Assembly (NCBI GenBank): GCA_035620935.1
Contig: DASPFU010000068.1
Location: 1 to 32,048, forward strand
Source: Gemmatimonadales bacterium
GTDB taxonomy: Bacteria; Gemmatimonadota; Gemmatimonadetes; Gemmatimonadales; GWC2-71-9
Reading direction: 5' to 3'
Length of the DNA stretch: 32,048 bases
Shown here: piece after piece, positions 17,124 through 27,324 of the stretch
Position numbering within the stretch: position 1 is the first letter of the stretch
Layout: every line of letters begins with the position of its first letter
The notes under the pieces: generated by a model
Seen by the model: only the letters and a program-made list of their open reading frames with translations
Database searches by the model: none
Told to the model about the DNA's origin: nothing
Made by a program: the position numbers and the translations under genes

Positions 17124-18491
17124 TTGCGTAACTCACTGTCCTGCTTCCTGTTCACGCTGTTCACCCTGGGATGCGGCGGACCCCGCAGACCGGATGGCGC
17201 GTCGTCCCAGCCGGTCAATGCGAGCCCCCCCGCCGCCACCGCCATCCGGGTGCGCCAGACGGGCGGTCCGTGGCAGGTCTACCGTCTTCCGGACCTCGCC
17301 CCGGTGCAGACCAGCGCGGGCCGCCTGCCCCGCATCGACCGCCTCCTCGGCCTCGACCAGGAGACCGACCAGCTGTTCGCGCTGACCCTGCGTGACGAGC
17401 TGCTCGCGGTCGATCTGCTCGGCGGCCGGGTCGATACGGTCGCCACCCAGGTCGCCGCCGCCGTCCTCGGACCGGACGGCACGCTGTACGCCATCGACCG
17501 GGCGCACCGGGTGACCACGCTCAAGCGCCGGGTGCGGCGCGTGTGGCCCGATTCCCTGCCCGTGGCGCCGCGCGAGCTGTTCGGCGCGGCCGACCAGCGG
17601 CTCCTGGTGGTCGCACGCGGCGGGGACGGCCGCCTGGTGGCGGCCAGCGCCGATCAGCCCCCGGTGGCCAGCCCGCTGCCGCTCGCCAGCGACGTGACCG
17701 CCACACTGTGGGGCGACGTGGTGGCGGTGGCCGTGGATTCCGGCGTCACCCTGCTCGATCCGCTGGCGCGCCGGGCCCCGGCGTTCGTGCGACTGCGCGA
17801 CCACCCGCGCGCCGTGGCGTTCTCGCCCGCCGGGCACCGGCTGTACGTCGCGCGCCGCACCGCGCCCGGGCTGGCCGTCCTCGACCGGTTCACCCACGAC
17901 GAGCTCGAGCGGGTGACCCTCCCCGCGCCGGCCGCGCTGCTGCGTCCCGACCCGCTGGGCCGCTGGCTGCTGGCGGGCCCGCCGTCCGCGGATTCCGTGT
18001 GGCTCGTGCACCTCCCGAGCCGTACCCTGCGGGGCCTCGTGGCGACCCCGTGGGACGCCGATCTCCCCGCGATCGCCCCGGACGGCACGCTGCTGGTGCG
18101 CCAGGCGGACGACGCCGTCGCCATCGATCCCGACTCGCTCGCCGAGCGGGCGCGGGTGCAGGGCGGGGCCGCCGACCTCTGGCTGGTGTCGTCGTGGCGC
18201 CCCCGAGGCATGCCCGTCCCCACGGCCGGTACGGCCGCCGCCGCCGCCGAGGCGAGCGGCGAGGGCCCGGTGTACGTCCAGGTGTCCGTGTCGCAGAACC
18301 GCGCGTGGTCTACCGAGAACGCGCAGCAGCTGGCCCGCGCGGGGCTGCCGGCGCGGGTGCTCACGCCCCGGTCGCTCGAGGACGGGTACCGCGTGGTGCT
18401 GGGCCCCTACCCCACGCGCACCGAGGCCGAGGCGATCGGCCGGAAGCTGGGGCGCCCCTTCTGGATCTTCCAGGCGGGCGGTGGCCCGTGA
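17124..18491 (+). CDS. Lipoprotein with a beta-propeller-like repeat region and a C-terminal SPOR domain
   Basis: The in-frame TTG at 17124 gives MRNSLSCFLFTLFTLGCGG, a lipobox. Repeats seen: GPDGTLYAIDR, SPAGHRLYVARR, APDGTLLVRQ. The C-terminus is SPOR-like: VYVQVSVSQNRAWSTENAQQLARAGLPARVL...GYRVVLGPYPTRTEAEAIGRKLG. Confidence 0.7.
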   Translation: MRNSLSCFLFTLFTLGCGGPRRPDGASSQPVNASPPAATAIRVRQTGGPWQVYRLPDLAPVQTSAGRLPRIDRLLGLDQETDQLFALTLRDELLAVDLLGGRVDTVATQVAAAVLGPDGTLYAIDRAHRVTTLKRRVRRVWPDSLPVAPRELFGAADQRLLVVARGGDGRLVAASADQPPVASPLPLASDVTATLWGDVVAVAVDSGVTLLDPLARRAPAFVRLRDHPRAVAFSPAGHRLYVARRTAPGLAVLDRFTHDELERVTLPAPAALLRPDPLGRWLLAGPPSADSVWLVHLPSRTLRGLVATPWDADLPAIAPDGTLLVRQADDAVAIDPDSLAERARVQGGAADLWLVSSWRPRGMPVPTAGTAAAAAEASGEGPVYVQVSVSQNRAWSTENAQQLARAGLPARVLTPRSLEDGYRVVLGPYPTRTEAEAIGRKLGRPFWIFQAGGGP

Positions 18492-19783
18492 CGCTGCGGC
18501 CCCTGCCCCGGTCGCGGCTCGACGGCCTGATCCCGTCCCTCGTCCAGGGCCACGCGCTCGTGGCCCTCGTCGCCGGCACCGGAGACGACCGATGGGCGGC
18601 CGATGCGGCGTGGGCGGTGGCGCGCGCGGCGCTGCTCGGCGGGCGGCGCGTGGCCCTCGTGGACCTGTGGATGACCGAGCCACAGCTCTCGCACCGCGCC
18701 GGCGTCGCCCCCGACGCGCCGGGGATCGTGGACGTATTCGAGCGGAACGCGGAGCTCACCACCGCCGCGCAGGACGTCGGGGGCGTCTTCTTCATCCCGA
18801 CCGGAAGCCGCAGCGAGGCGCCCGAGTTCGTGCTCGCGCACCCGCGCTGGAAGAAGCTGCACGCCGGGTTCAAGGCGGAGGGGGCGTTGCTCCTGGTCTA
18901 CCTCTCCGCCGGGGCGCTCGCCAGTCTGTCGGTGATCCCCGACGCGGTGATCGTGCTCGCCCCCGGGGGGTTCGACCTGACTTCGCCGCTCGCCCGCGAC
19001 GTGCAGGCGGCGCAGGTGGACGGCGCCATGCTGCTCGGCGTGGTGCGGGACCGCTGGACCCCGCCACCGATGCCGGTCCCCCTCGAGGAGCGCATCCCGG
19101 GCGAGTTCCCCCGCGAGGCACCGCGCCCGTCCGCCGGGCGGTGGATCGCCCTCGCTGTCGGCGCCGTCGTCGTGCTCGCGGCGGCGACCGGCGGGTGGCT
19201 GATGTGGCGGAGTCGCGGCGCGGCAGCTCCCGCCACGCCGCCGGCCGTCGGGGAGGCGGCGACCGGTGAGCCCCTCGCGACCCCGGCTCCCCCGGCAGAC
19301 CCGGGTCCGGACGAGCGCGTGGCGCCGTCCGGGCCGGTGGACACGCTCGCCTTCACGGTGCAGCTCGCCGCGTACGCCAACGTGGTCAACGCGCTGTCCC
19401 ACGCCGACGAGCTGGCCGCCGCCGGGACGCCGGCGCTCGTGGCCCCGGTGACGCCCGGGGGATCCCGCGTGGTGTGGTACCGCGTGTTCGCGGGCGGTTG
19501 GACCGACCGCGCCTCGGCCGCCGCCGGCCGCGACTCCCTGTGGATGCGCGGCCTGGCCCGGCGCGGCGAAGGCGAGGTGGTGCGCGCGCCGCTGGTCCTG
19601 GCGCTCGGCGGGTCGGAGGACGCCGCCGCGCTCCGCCGCCGCGGCATCCCGGCCATGGCGGGAGGCCGGGGCCTCGTGATCGGGGCCTTCGAGAGCGCCG
19701 AGCAGGCCGCCCCGGCCATGCAGCAGCTGTCCCGCGCCGGCATACCGGCCGACCTCGTCCCCCGAGTGGAGCGCACGCCATGA
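18488..19783 (+). CDS. Membrane protein: degenerate ParA/MinD/BY-kinase-like P-loop domain + TM helix + SPOR domain(s)
   Basis: The GTG at 18488 overlaps the upstream stop. ALVALVAGTGDDRW sits where the Walker A motif is expected and has no GK[ST]. RRVALVDLW and FFIPTGS are ParA-like. The TM segment is WIALAVGAVVVLAAATGGWLMW. SPOR-like segments are FTVQLAAYANVVNA...VWYRVFAGGW and LVIGAFESAEQAAPAMQQL. Confidence 0.7.
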   Translation: MTLRPLPRSRLDGLIPSLVQGHALVALVAGTGDDRWAADAAWAVARAALLGGRRVALVDLWMTEPQLSHRAGVAPDAPGIVDVFERNAELTTAAQDVGGVFFIPTGSRSEAPEFVLAHPRWKKLHAGFKAEGALLLVYLSAGALASLSVIPDAVIVLAPGGFDLTSPLARDVQAAQVDGAMLLGVVRDRWTPPPMPVPLEERIPGEFPREAPRPSAGRWIALAVGAVVVLAAATGGWLMWRSRGAAAPATPPAVGEAATGEPLATPAPPADPGPDERVAPSGPVDTLAFTVQLAAYANVVNALSHADELAAAGTPALVAPVTPGGSRVVWYRVFAGGWTDRASAAAGRDSLWMRGLARRGEGEVVRAPLVLALGGSEDAAALRRRGIPAMAGGRGLVIGAFESAEQAAPAMQQLSRAGIPADLVPRVERTP

Positions 19784-22700
19784 GGCTGATCCGCCTCGAG
19801 TTGTCCGGCTTCAAGTCGTTCGCCGGCACGATGGACCTGCCGTTCGAGCTGGGCGTGACGGCGATCGTCGGGCCGAACGGATGCGGCAAGTCGAACATCT
19901 CCGACGCGGTCCGGTGGGTACTGGGCGAGCAGTCGCCGCGGCTGCTCCGCGGCGGCAAGATGGAGGACGTGATCTTCCAGGGCTCGACCGGCCGGCGGCC
20001 GGTGAACGTCGCCGAGGTGTCGCTGGTGTTCGACAACGCCGACGGGAGCCTGCCGATCGCGTACCAGGAAGTCGTGGTGACGCGGCGGCTGTCGCGCTCG
20101 GGCCAGAGCGAGTACCTGCTCAATCGGTCCCCGGTGCGGCTGCGCGACATCCAGGACCTGCTGCGCGGCACCGGGCTGGGGGCCGACGCGGCCGTCGTGA
20201 TGGAAGCGAGGATGATCGACGCGCTCCTCTCCGAGAAAGCCGAGGAGCGGCGTTCCCTCTTCGAGGAGGCGGCGGGCATCGGGCTGTACCGGGACCGCAA
20301 ACGCAGCACGGAGCGACGTCTCGAGGAGACGGGCGTCGACTTGGCGCGGCTGGAGGACCTGATCGCCGAGGTACAGACGCAGGTGCGCAGCCTGGCGCGC
20401 CAGCGTGGCAAGGCCGAGCGGTACGGCAAGATGGTCGAGGAGCGCTTCGGGATCGCGCTCACGCTGGTGCGTCGCGAGCTCGAGGATTTCGACCTGGCTC
20501 TGGGCGCCATCGGAACGCGGGCGCGCGAGGTGGCCGACGCCCTGCCGGCGGCGCGGGCCCGCCTGGCGGACGCGGAGCGGGCACGGGAGGCGGCGGTGCG
20601 GGGCCGGCACGGCGCGGAAGCGCGGCGCACCGAGGTGGAGCGGCAGGTGGCGGGAGCGCGCCTCGAGATCGGTCGTCTCGAGGGCGACCTGGCCCTCGCG
20701 GCCGAGCGGGTGACCAACGCGGCGCGGCGCCGGGCCCAGGCGGCGGACGAGCGGGCGGCGGCGGAGCAGCGCGCGCAGGCATCGGACCGCGAGCACGCGG
20801 CCGCGGCGGCGGAGCAGACGGCCGCGGCCGCGGAGCTCGCGACCGTGCAGGGCGAGCTGGGCCGGCGGGCGGGGACGGAGCAGGAGGTGCGCGACCGCCT
20901 CACCGCCGAGCGGGCGGTGGTCCGCGAGGCGGAGGAGGCGATCCAGCGGCACGCCGAGGCCCAGCGGTCGCTCGAGGCCGAGCGTGGAGCGCTCGAGCGG
21001 GAGCGCGACGAGGTGCGGGACCAGGCGACGCAGGCGACGGGCGAACGGGCGCGCCGCGACGCGACGGCGCGCGCGGCGGCGACCGAGGCGGAGGACCGCG
21101 CGCAGCGGCTCGCGGCCGCCCAACGGGCGGCGCAGGGCGCGGCGGATGCGCTCGAGGCCGCGCGCCGGCGGCTCGCGACGGTGCGGGAGGCGGAGGCGCA
21201 CGCGCGCAGCACCCGACGGCGGGCCGAGGAGGCGCTCGCGCAGCTGGTGGCGCGACGCGATGCCCTGGCCGAGCTGGATCGCGAGCACGTGGGGCTCGCA
21301 CCCGCGGCCCAGGCGCTGCTGCGTGAGCGTGACCGGTTCGGCGATACGGTGCTGGGGCCGCTGTCGGACTTCGTGCGTACCAGCCGCCGCGATGCCGAGC
21401 TCGCCGAGCGCCTGCTCGGCGAGTGGCTGCACGCGGTGCTCGTACGCGACGAGTCGGCCGTGCCGGCGATCCGCGCCTGGCACGCGGCGGCGGAGCCCGG
21501 CCCGCTCGTCCTCCTCCCCGCCTTCCCCGGCCCGCGCCTCGGCGCCGACGGCCACCCGCTCGCCGACGCGCTGCGGGTGGACGGTCCGGCGGCCGCGTGG
21601 GTGCGGGCCCTGCTCACCGGACACGAGGTGCTCGACGGCGGTCGCGCGGTGCGGCGGGCCAACGGCGCCGTGCTGCTCGACGTGGCCAGCGCGAGCGGGC
21701 CGCTCCAGCGCCGCGCCGAGCTCGACGCGCTGGCCCAGGACACGGCGGAGGCGAGCACCGCGAGCGACCACGCGGTGGCGGCCCTGGACGCCGCCGCGGG
21801 CGAGACGGCCGCGACCGAGGCGGCGTTCGCCGCGGCGGGTGAGGCCGCCGAGCGCGCCCGGCACGCGGAGCTCGAGGCGTCCGCGGAGCGGGGCGAGGCC
21901 GATCGCACCGCGGCGCACGCCCGCCGCGACGCCGCCGAGATGGCGGCCCAGCTCGAGCGGCTCACCCGGCGCCTCGCCGAGGTCGATGCGCGGCTGGGCG
22001 AGATCGCCGCCGACCTGCAGACGCGCGAGGTGGAGCGGGTGCACCTCGACGAACGGCTCGGCGCGGCGCGCGCCCGGCTCGCCGAGAGCGAGGCCCAGCA
22101 GGAGGCCGCCCGCGAGCAGCGGGTGCACTGGCAGGTGGAAGCCGCGCAGGTGGACGCCCGCCTGGTCGCGGCCCGGGATCGCGCCGAGCGCACCGCCGCC
22201 GAGGCGGCGGAGGCCCGCCGCCACGCCGGCGGACTGGCCGAGGAGATCACCCGGCTCGAGCAGGAGACCGCCGCCGTCCTGGCCCAGCAGGGACAGTGGG
22301 ACGATACCCTCAAGGACCGCCGCCTCGCACTGGCGGCGCTCGACGAGGCCGCCCGGGACGGCGAGCGGCAGGTACACATCGCCGAGGCCGACCTCGCGCA
22401 GTCGGAGGGCACGATGGGCGAAGCGCGCCGCGCGCTCGAGGCGCTGGGCGAGGACGAGCACCGTCTGGCCCTCGAGCGGACGCAGCTCGAGGAGCGGCGG
22501 CGCGCGCTCGTCGAGCGGGTGGAGGCCGAATGGCGCAAGCCCCTCGACCGGCTGCTCGCCGAGGCACCCGACATCCAGGGCGACGTGGCCTGGCTGCGCC
22601 AGGAGAACGACCGGCTCCGCGAGGCGATCGACCAGATGGGCCCGGTGAACGCCCTCGCCGTGGAAGAACACGCGGAGGAGACCAAGCGTCTCGAATTCCT

Positions 22701-23244
22701 CCAGACCCAGCGGGACGACCTCGTCGCGGCGCGCAGCTCCCTGCAACAGGCCGTCCGCGAGATCGACCAGTCGGCCAAGACGCTGTTCCTCGAGTCGTTC
22801 GTGCGGGTACGGGAGAACTTCCGGACCGTCTTCCAGACGCTGTTCGGTGGCGGCGAGTGCGACGTGCGCCTCGCCAACGAGGACGAGCCGCTCGAGAGCG
22901 AGATCGAGATCCACGCCGCGCCCCGCGGCAAGCGGACACAGCGCATCCACCTGCTGTCGTCGGGCGAACGGACCCTCGTCGCCGTCTCGCTCCTGTTCGC
23001 GATCTTCCTCACCAAGCCGAGCCCCTTCTGCCTGCTCGACGAGGTGGACGCCCCGCTGGACGACGCCAACGTCGGCCGCTACGTGCGGCTGCTGCAGGAG
23101 TTCAAGGACCAGACGCAGTTCATCGTGATCACGCACAACCCGCGGACCATGCAGGCCGCCGACGCCGTGTACGGGGTCACGATGCAGGAGCCCGGGGTCT
23201 CCACGATCGTCGGGGTGCGGCTGGGCCAGATGGAAACGGTGTGA
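19780..23244 (+). CDS. smc: Chromosome segregation protein SMC
   Basis: MRLIRLELSGFKSF, Walker A GPNGCGKSN, long Ala/Glu/Arg coiled coils, signature LSSGERTL, Walker B FCLLDEVDAPLDD. The ATG at 19780 overlaps the upstream stop (ATGA). Confidence 0.95.
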   Translation: MRLIRLELSGFKSFAGTMDLPFELGVTAIVGPNGCGKSNISDAVRWVLGEQSPRLLRGGKMEDVIFQGSTGRRPVNVAEVSLVFDNADGSLPIAYQEVVVTRRLSRSGQSEYLLNRSPVRLRDIQDLLRGTGLGADAAVVMEARMIDALLSEKAEERRSLFEEAAGIGLYRDRKRSTERRLEETGVDLARLEDLIAEVQTQVRSLARQRGKAERYGKMVEERFGIALTLVRRELEDFDLALGAIGTRAREVADALPAARARLADAERAREAAVRGRHGAEARRTEVERQVAGARLEIGRLEGDLALAAERVTNAARRRAQAADERAAAEQRAQASDREHAAAAAEQTAAAAELATVQGELGRRAGTEQEVRDRLTAERAVVREAEEAIQRHAEAQRSLEAERGALERERDEVRDQATQATGERARRDATARAAATEAEDRAQRLAAAQRAAQGAADALEAARRRLATVREAEAHARSTRRRAEEALAQLVARRDALAELDREHVGLAPAAQALLRERDRFGDTVLGPLSDFVRTSRRDAELAERLLGEWLHAVLVRDESAVPAIRAWHAAAEPGPLVLLPAFPGPRLGADGHPLADALRVDGPAAAWVRALLTGHEVLDGGRAVRRANGAVLLDVASASGPLQRRAELDALAQDTAEASTASDHAVAALDAAAGETAATEAAFAAAGEAAERARHAELEASAERGEADRTAAHARRDAAEMAAQLERLTRRLAEVDARLGEIAADLQTREVERVHLDERLGAARARLAESEAQQEAAREQRVHWQVEAAQVDARLVAARDRAERTAAEAAEARRHAGGLAEEITRLEQETAAVLAQQGQWDDTLKDRRLALAALDEAARDGERQVHIAEADLAQSEGTMGEARRALEALGEDEHRLALERTQLEERRRALVERVEAEWRKPLDRLLAEAPDIQGDVAWLRQENDRLREAIDQMGPVNALAVEEHAEETKRLEFLQTQRDDLVAARSSLQQAVREIDQSAKTLFLESFVRVRENFRTVFQTLFGGGECDVRLANEDEPLESEIEIHAAPRGKRTQRIHLLSSGERTLVAVSLLFAIFLTKPSPFCLLDEVDAPLDDANVGRYVRLLQEFKDQTQFIVITHNPRTMQAADAVYGVTMQEPGVSTIVGVRLGQMETV

Positions 23245-25508
23245 GGCGAGCCCGCCGCGCCGCGCTGGCCGCAGCGCTGCTCGGCGCCGCCCTTCCCGTC
23301 GCAGCCGGCGCGCAGCAGCCCGCCGTCTCGCCCCCCCTCGCGGCGGCCTGGTCGCGCGACACCACCTTCACGGTCTGGCTGTTCGCGCGCGAGCGGGTGC
23401 CGCTGGACAGCGTCGCGTCCCGCGCGGCGGCGGCCGGCGCGCGGGTGCGCGCGCGGAGCCGCTGGCTGCACGCGGTGTCGGTCGCGGCGCCCGCCGCGGC
23501 CCTGCGCGCCCTCGCCCGGGACCGCGCGCTGCGCCGCATCCAGCCCGTCGCCCGCTGGGTCCGCTCCGGGCCGCGCGGCGACACGCTGCCGGTCTGGCAG
23601 CTGCGCGCCGCCGCGGTGGACACCTGCCCCGCCGGCGGCGACCCGGTGTTCGGGGCCTCCGAGATGCCGATCCGTCAGCTCAACCTCCGCGGGCTCACCG
23701 ACCGGGGCCTCACCGGCGCGGGCGTGCGCGTCGCCCTGCTCGACACCGGGTTCGACACCGCCGACCCCGCGTTCGCCGGGGTCACCGTGCTCGGCCAGCG
23801 GGATTTCGTGTCCGCGGACGACACGGTACGCGACCAGGCGGGCGACGCGCTCGGCGCCCACGCGCACGGCACGGCGGTGTGGTCGCTCCTCGCCGCCGAC
23901 GTGCCCGGCCGCCTCCGCGGCATCACGCCCGGGGCACAGTACCTGCTGGCCCGGACCGAGGACGTCCGCTCCGAGACGCGCATCGAGGAGGACCACTTCG
24001 TCGCGGCGCTCGAGTGGGCGGATTCGCTCGGGGCCGACCTCGCGTCCGCCAGCCTCGGCTACCTGCAGTTCGATAACGGATTCGACTACCTGCCATCCGA
24101 GCTCAACGGGGACGTCGCCGTGACCACCGTGGCGGTGGACCAGGCCGCGTCGCGCGGCCTGCTGGTGCTCAGCGCCGCCGGCAACGCGGGCCCCGGGTTC
24201 CGCACGCTCGTCACGCCCGCTGACGCGGACTCCGGACTGGCCATCGGCGCCGAGGATTCGCTCGGTGCCATCGCGCCGTTCTCCTCCCGCGGCCCCACGG
24301 CGGACGGGCGCCTCAAGCCCGACCTCACCGCCCCCGGCGCGGCGGTGTGCGCGCTCGTCGGCGGCGGCGCCGTGCGCCGCGTGGACGGCACCTCCTTCGC
24401 GACCCCGCTCGTGACCGGCGTGGCGGCGCTGGTGCGCGAGGCGCACCCCACGCTCGACGCCGGCGCGCTCGCGGCCGCCCTGCGGGCCCACGCGAGCCAC
24501 CGGACCGCGCCGGACTCGATCTTCGGCGCCGGGCGTCCCGACGCGACGGCCAGCGCCGTCTTTCCCCTCGCCGTGACACCGCTGGACCCGCTCGCCGGGC
24601 CGGTCGCCACCGTGACGCCGCGGTTCAGCTGGACGGTGGGCGCCACGCCCCCGTTCGCGGCCCCCGTGGACTTCCGCCTGCGCATCGCGCGCGATTCGCT
24701 GCTCGCCGCGCCGCTCGTCGACACCGTGCTCGTGACCGACGTGTTCGATCCGGCGCGCGCCCTGGCCCCCGGGCCGGTATGGTGGCGCGTGGACGCGGTG
24801 GCGGCGACCGGCGACAGCGCCACGACGGGCGCCGTCGGTCCCGTCGCGGTCCCGCCGTGGGCGACGCTGCGCTCACTGAGCGCGCCCGGGGGAGTCACGA
24901 CACCCGACTCGCAGCCGGTGCTGCGGTGGACGTCGCCCGCGATCGCGGCGCCGCCCGGACCGTTCACCTACGACGTGTTCGTCCAGCCGGTGGCACCGCC
25001 GGGGCCCGCGCAGGGCATCTTCGGCGTCACCGACACCGCGCTCGTCGTCCCGCGCCCGCTCGAGCGCAGCGTCTCCTACCGCTGGGCGGTGCTCGCGCAC
25101 GCGGGGGCCGACACGAGCCGCACCGAGAGCGCCGGCACGTTCCTCGTGCTCGACCCGAGCCTGCCGCAGGCGACCCTGCTGCACCAGAACTTCCCCAACC
25201 CGTTCGGGGCCACGGCCACCTGCGTGTGGTTCGACCTCTCCGCGCCCAGCGCCGTCGAGCTCCAGATCCTCGATCTGCGCGGCCGGCTGGTGCGCACGCT
25301 CGTGCCGGGTCCCGGCGTCAGCGCGTCCCTCCCGGCCGGACGCCACGGCCGTGGGGCGGCGGGCGGGCCCACGTGCGACCCGCTGTTCACCTGGGACGGG
25401 ACCGCCGCGGACGGCGCTCCCGTTCCCGCAGGCGTGTATCTGGTCCGGCTCAAGGCCGGCGGGGCCGTGCAGTTCAAGCGCGCCGTCTTCGCCGGGACGG
25501 ACCGGTAG
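23241..25508 (+). CDS. S8 (subtilisin-like) serine peptidase with a Por/T9SS-type or FlgD-Ig-like C-terminal domain
   Basis: The GTG at 23241 overlaps the smc stop. There is a signal peptide. Catalytic motifs: VALLDTGF (Asp), HGTAV (His), AAGNAG (Asn), GTSFATP (Ser). The C-terminus reads LHQNFPNPF...ELQILDLRGRLVRTL...WDG...VPAGVYLVRLKAGG. Confidence 0.85.
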   Translation: MRRARRAALAAALLGAALPVAAGAQQPAVSPPLAAAWSRDTTFTVWLFARERVPLDSVASRAAAAGARVRARSRWLHAVSVAAPAAALRALARDRALRRIQPVARWVRSGPRGDTLPVWQLRAAAVDTCPAGGDPVFGASEMPIRQLNLRGLTDRGLTGAGVRVALLDTGFDTADPAFAGVTVLGQRDFVSADDTVRDQAGDALGAHAHGTAVWSLLAADVPGRLRGITPGAQYLLARTEDVRSETRIEEDHFVAALEWADSLGADLASASLGYLQFDNGFDYLPSELNGDVAVTTVAVDQAASRGLLVLSAAGNAGPGFRTLVTPADADSGLAIGAEDSLGAIAPFSSRGPTADGRLKPDLTAPGAAVCALVGGGAVRRVDGTSFATPLVTGVAALVREAHPTLDAGALAAALRAHASHRTAPDSIFGAGRPDATASAVFPLAVTPLDPLAGPVATVTPRFSWTVGATPPFAAPVDFRLRIARDSLLAAPLVDTVLVTDVFDPARALAPGPVWWRVDAVAATGDSATTGAVGPVAVPPWATLRSLSAPGGVTTPDSQPVLRWTSPAIAAPPGPFTYDVFVQPVAPPGPAQGIFGVTDTALVVPRPLERSVSYRWAVLAHAGADTSRTESAGTFLVLDPSLPQATLLHQNFPNPFGATATCVWFDLSAPSAVELQILDLRGRLVRTLVPGPGVSASLPAGRHGRGAAGGPTCDPLFTWDGTAADGAPVPAGVYLVRLKAGGAVQFKRAVFAGTDR

Positions 25509-25510
25509 CC

Positions 25511-26287
25511 GTGGAGCTCGTGACCGTTGGGACGGGCACCGTGGCCCCCTCGGCCGAGCGTACCGCCGCCTGTCATTGGGTGCGGCGCGGCGACCTCCGT
25601 GTCCTGCTCGACTGCGGACCGGGATCGCTGCACCGGCTCGCCCGCGCGGCCCTGCCGTGGCCGCAGGTGACCCACGTGGTCCTGTCGCACTTCCACCCCG
25701 ACCATTATGCCGAGGTGCCGATGCTCGTGTACGCGCTCAAGTACACCGCCGTGCCGGCCCGCCGCGCCCCGCTCGCGGTGCTCGGGCCGCCGGGGGTCGG
25801 CCGGCTGATGCGGGCGCTCGCCGAGGGGTTCGGGCCCTGGCTGCTCGAACCCGGGTTCCCGCTCGCCATCCGGGAGGTGCCCCAGCGGGCCGGCATCGCG
25901 CTCGACGACGCCGTGACGCTCGAGACGTGCCGCGTCCCGCATACGCCCGAGAGCGTCGCGATCGGTCTCACCGCGCCGGAGGGACGCCTGGTCTACACGG
26001 GCGACACCGGGCCGTCGCCCGAGCTCGCCGCGTGGGCGGCCGGCTGCGACCTGCTCCTGGCCGAGTGCTCGCTCCCGGAGTCCATGGCCCTCGATCTGCA
26101 CCTCACCCCCGAGCGCGCGGGCGAACTGGCCCGTGCGGCCGGGGCCAAACGGCTCGTCTTGACGCACTTCTATCCCCCTGTCGAGAATACTGACCCGGCC
26201 CGAGCGGCCGGGACGCGGTACCCCGGTCCCGTCACGGCAGCCCGTGACGGCGATCGGTTCGACATCGGAGGAGCGGCCGGGTGCTGA
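25511..26287 (+). CDS. MBL-fold metallo-hydrolase (RNase Z/BN-like)
   Basis: GTG at 25511. HFHPDH (HxHxDH), YTGDTG, LVLTHF. Confidence 0.8.
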   Translation: MELVTVGTGTVAPSAERTAACHWVRRGDLRVLLDCGPGSLHRLARAALPWPQVTHVVLSHFHPDHYAEVPMLVYALKYTAVPARRAPLAVLGPPGVGRLMRALAEGFGPWLLEPGFPLAIREVPQRAGIALDDAVTLETCRVPHTPESVAIGLTAPEGRLVYTGDTGPSPELAAWAAGCDLLLAECSLPESMALDLHLTPERAGELARAAGAKRLVLTHFYPPVENTDPARAAGTRYPGPVTAARDGDRFDIGGAAGC

Positions 26288-27324
26288 TCGTGATGCAGCA
26301 CGGCGCGACGCCGGAGCAGGTCCAGCGCGTCGTGGCCGTGATCGAAGAGCTGGGCTACCACGCCCGCCCCATGCCGGGCAAGCAGCGCACGGCGGTGGGA
26401 CTGGTGGGGAACGACGGCCGCGTGGACGCCTCGCGGCTCGGCGCCCTGCCGGGCGTGCAGGACGTGATCCACGTCTCCAAGCCCTACAAGCAGGTGAGTC
26501 GCGAGTGGCAGGAGGAGTCCACCGTGGTCCGGCTGCCCGGCGGGGTGGCGATCGGGGGTACGGAGATCGTGGCCATCGCCGGGCCCTGCTCGGTGGAGAA
26601 CGAGAAACAGATCATCGAGACGGCGCGCCACGTGAAGGACGCGGGCGCGGTAATCCTGCGCGGCGGCGCGTTCAAGCCGCGCAGCTCGCCCTACTCGTTC
26701 CAGGGCCTGGGTCGCCCCGGCCTCGCGCTGCTCGCGAAGGCCCGGGAAGAGACGGGCCTGCTGGTATGCACCGAGGCGATGGACCCCGAGGCGGTACGCT
26801 GGGTAGCAGACGTAGCGGACATCATCCAGATCGGCGCGCGCAACATGCAGAACTTCTCGCTGCTCAAGGCGGCCGGTCGCGCGGGGAAGCCCGTGCTGCT
26901 CAAGCGGGGCCTGGCGGCGACCATCACCGAGCTGCTGCTCTCGGCCGAGTACCTGCTCGCCGAGGGGAACCGCGACGTGATCCTGTGCGAGCGCGGCGTG
27001 CGGAGCTTCGACACGGCGACCCGCAACCTCTTCGACGTCTCCGCGATCCCGGTGGTGCAGAAGCTGTCGCACCTGCCCATCATCGCGGACCCGTCGCACG
27101 GCACGGGGCACCGCGACCATGTGATCCCGATGGCCCGGGCGGCCGTGGCCGCCGGGGCGGACGGCATCATGATCGAAGTGCACCCCAGTCCCGACGCGGC
27201 GCTGTCGGACGGGGCACAGACGCTCTACCCCGCGCAGTTCGCGCAGCTGATGCGCGAGATCCGGGTGATCGCCGACGTGATCGGGCGCCGGGTGGCCGAG
27301 GCCGCGCCGGTGGGGGCGGGATGA
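26281..27324 (+). CDS. aroF: 3-deoxy-7-phosphoheptulonate (DAHP) synthase, type I-beta, with an N-terminal regulatory ferredoxin-like domain
   Basis: By memory it is collinear with the Thermotoga-type enzyme: (V)[62 protein letters not shown]. Confidence 0.92.
   Translation: MLIVMQHGATPEQVQRVVAVIEELGYHARPMPGKQRTAVGLVGNDGRVDASRLGALPGVQDVIHVSKPYKQVSREWQEESTVVRLPGGVAIGGTEIVAIAGPCSVENEKQIIETARHVKDAGAVILRGGAFKPRSSPYSFQGLGRPGLALLAKAREETGLLVCTEAMDPEAVRWVADVADIIQIGARNMQNFSLLKAAGRAGKPVLLKRGLAATITELLLSAEYLLAEGNRDVILCERGVRSFDTATRNLFDVSAIPVVQKLSHLPIIADPSHGTGHRDHVIPMARAAVAAGADGIMIEVHPSPDAALSDGAQTLYPAQFAQLMREIRVIADVIGRRVAEAAPVGAG

Noticed and set aside
20400-22300. Repetitive-looking GAG/GCG/CGC-rich stretch that might be a tandem repeat
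   Set aside because: It is the Ala/Glu/Arg-rich coiled-coil arm of SMC. I could identify no exact nucleotide repeat unit.
18898-23136. Very long minus-strand ORFs (1412 aa and 1227 aa) antisense to smc
   Set aside because: Their translations are Arg/Pro/Ala/Gly-rich low-complexity strings with no motifs. Long stop-free antisense frames are expected in very GC-rich coding DNA. The plus-strand frame carries unmistakable SMC motifs.
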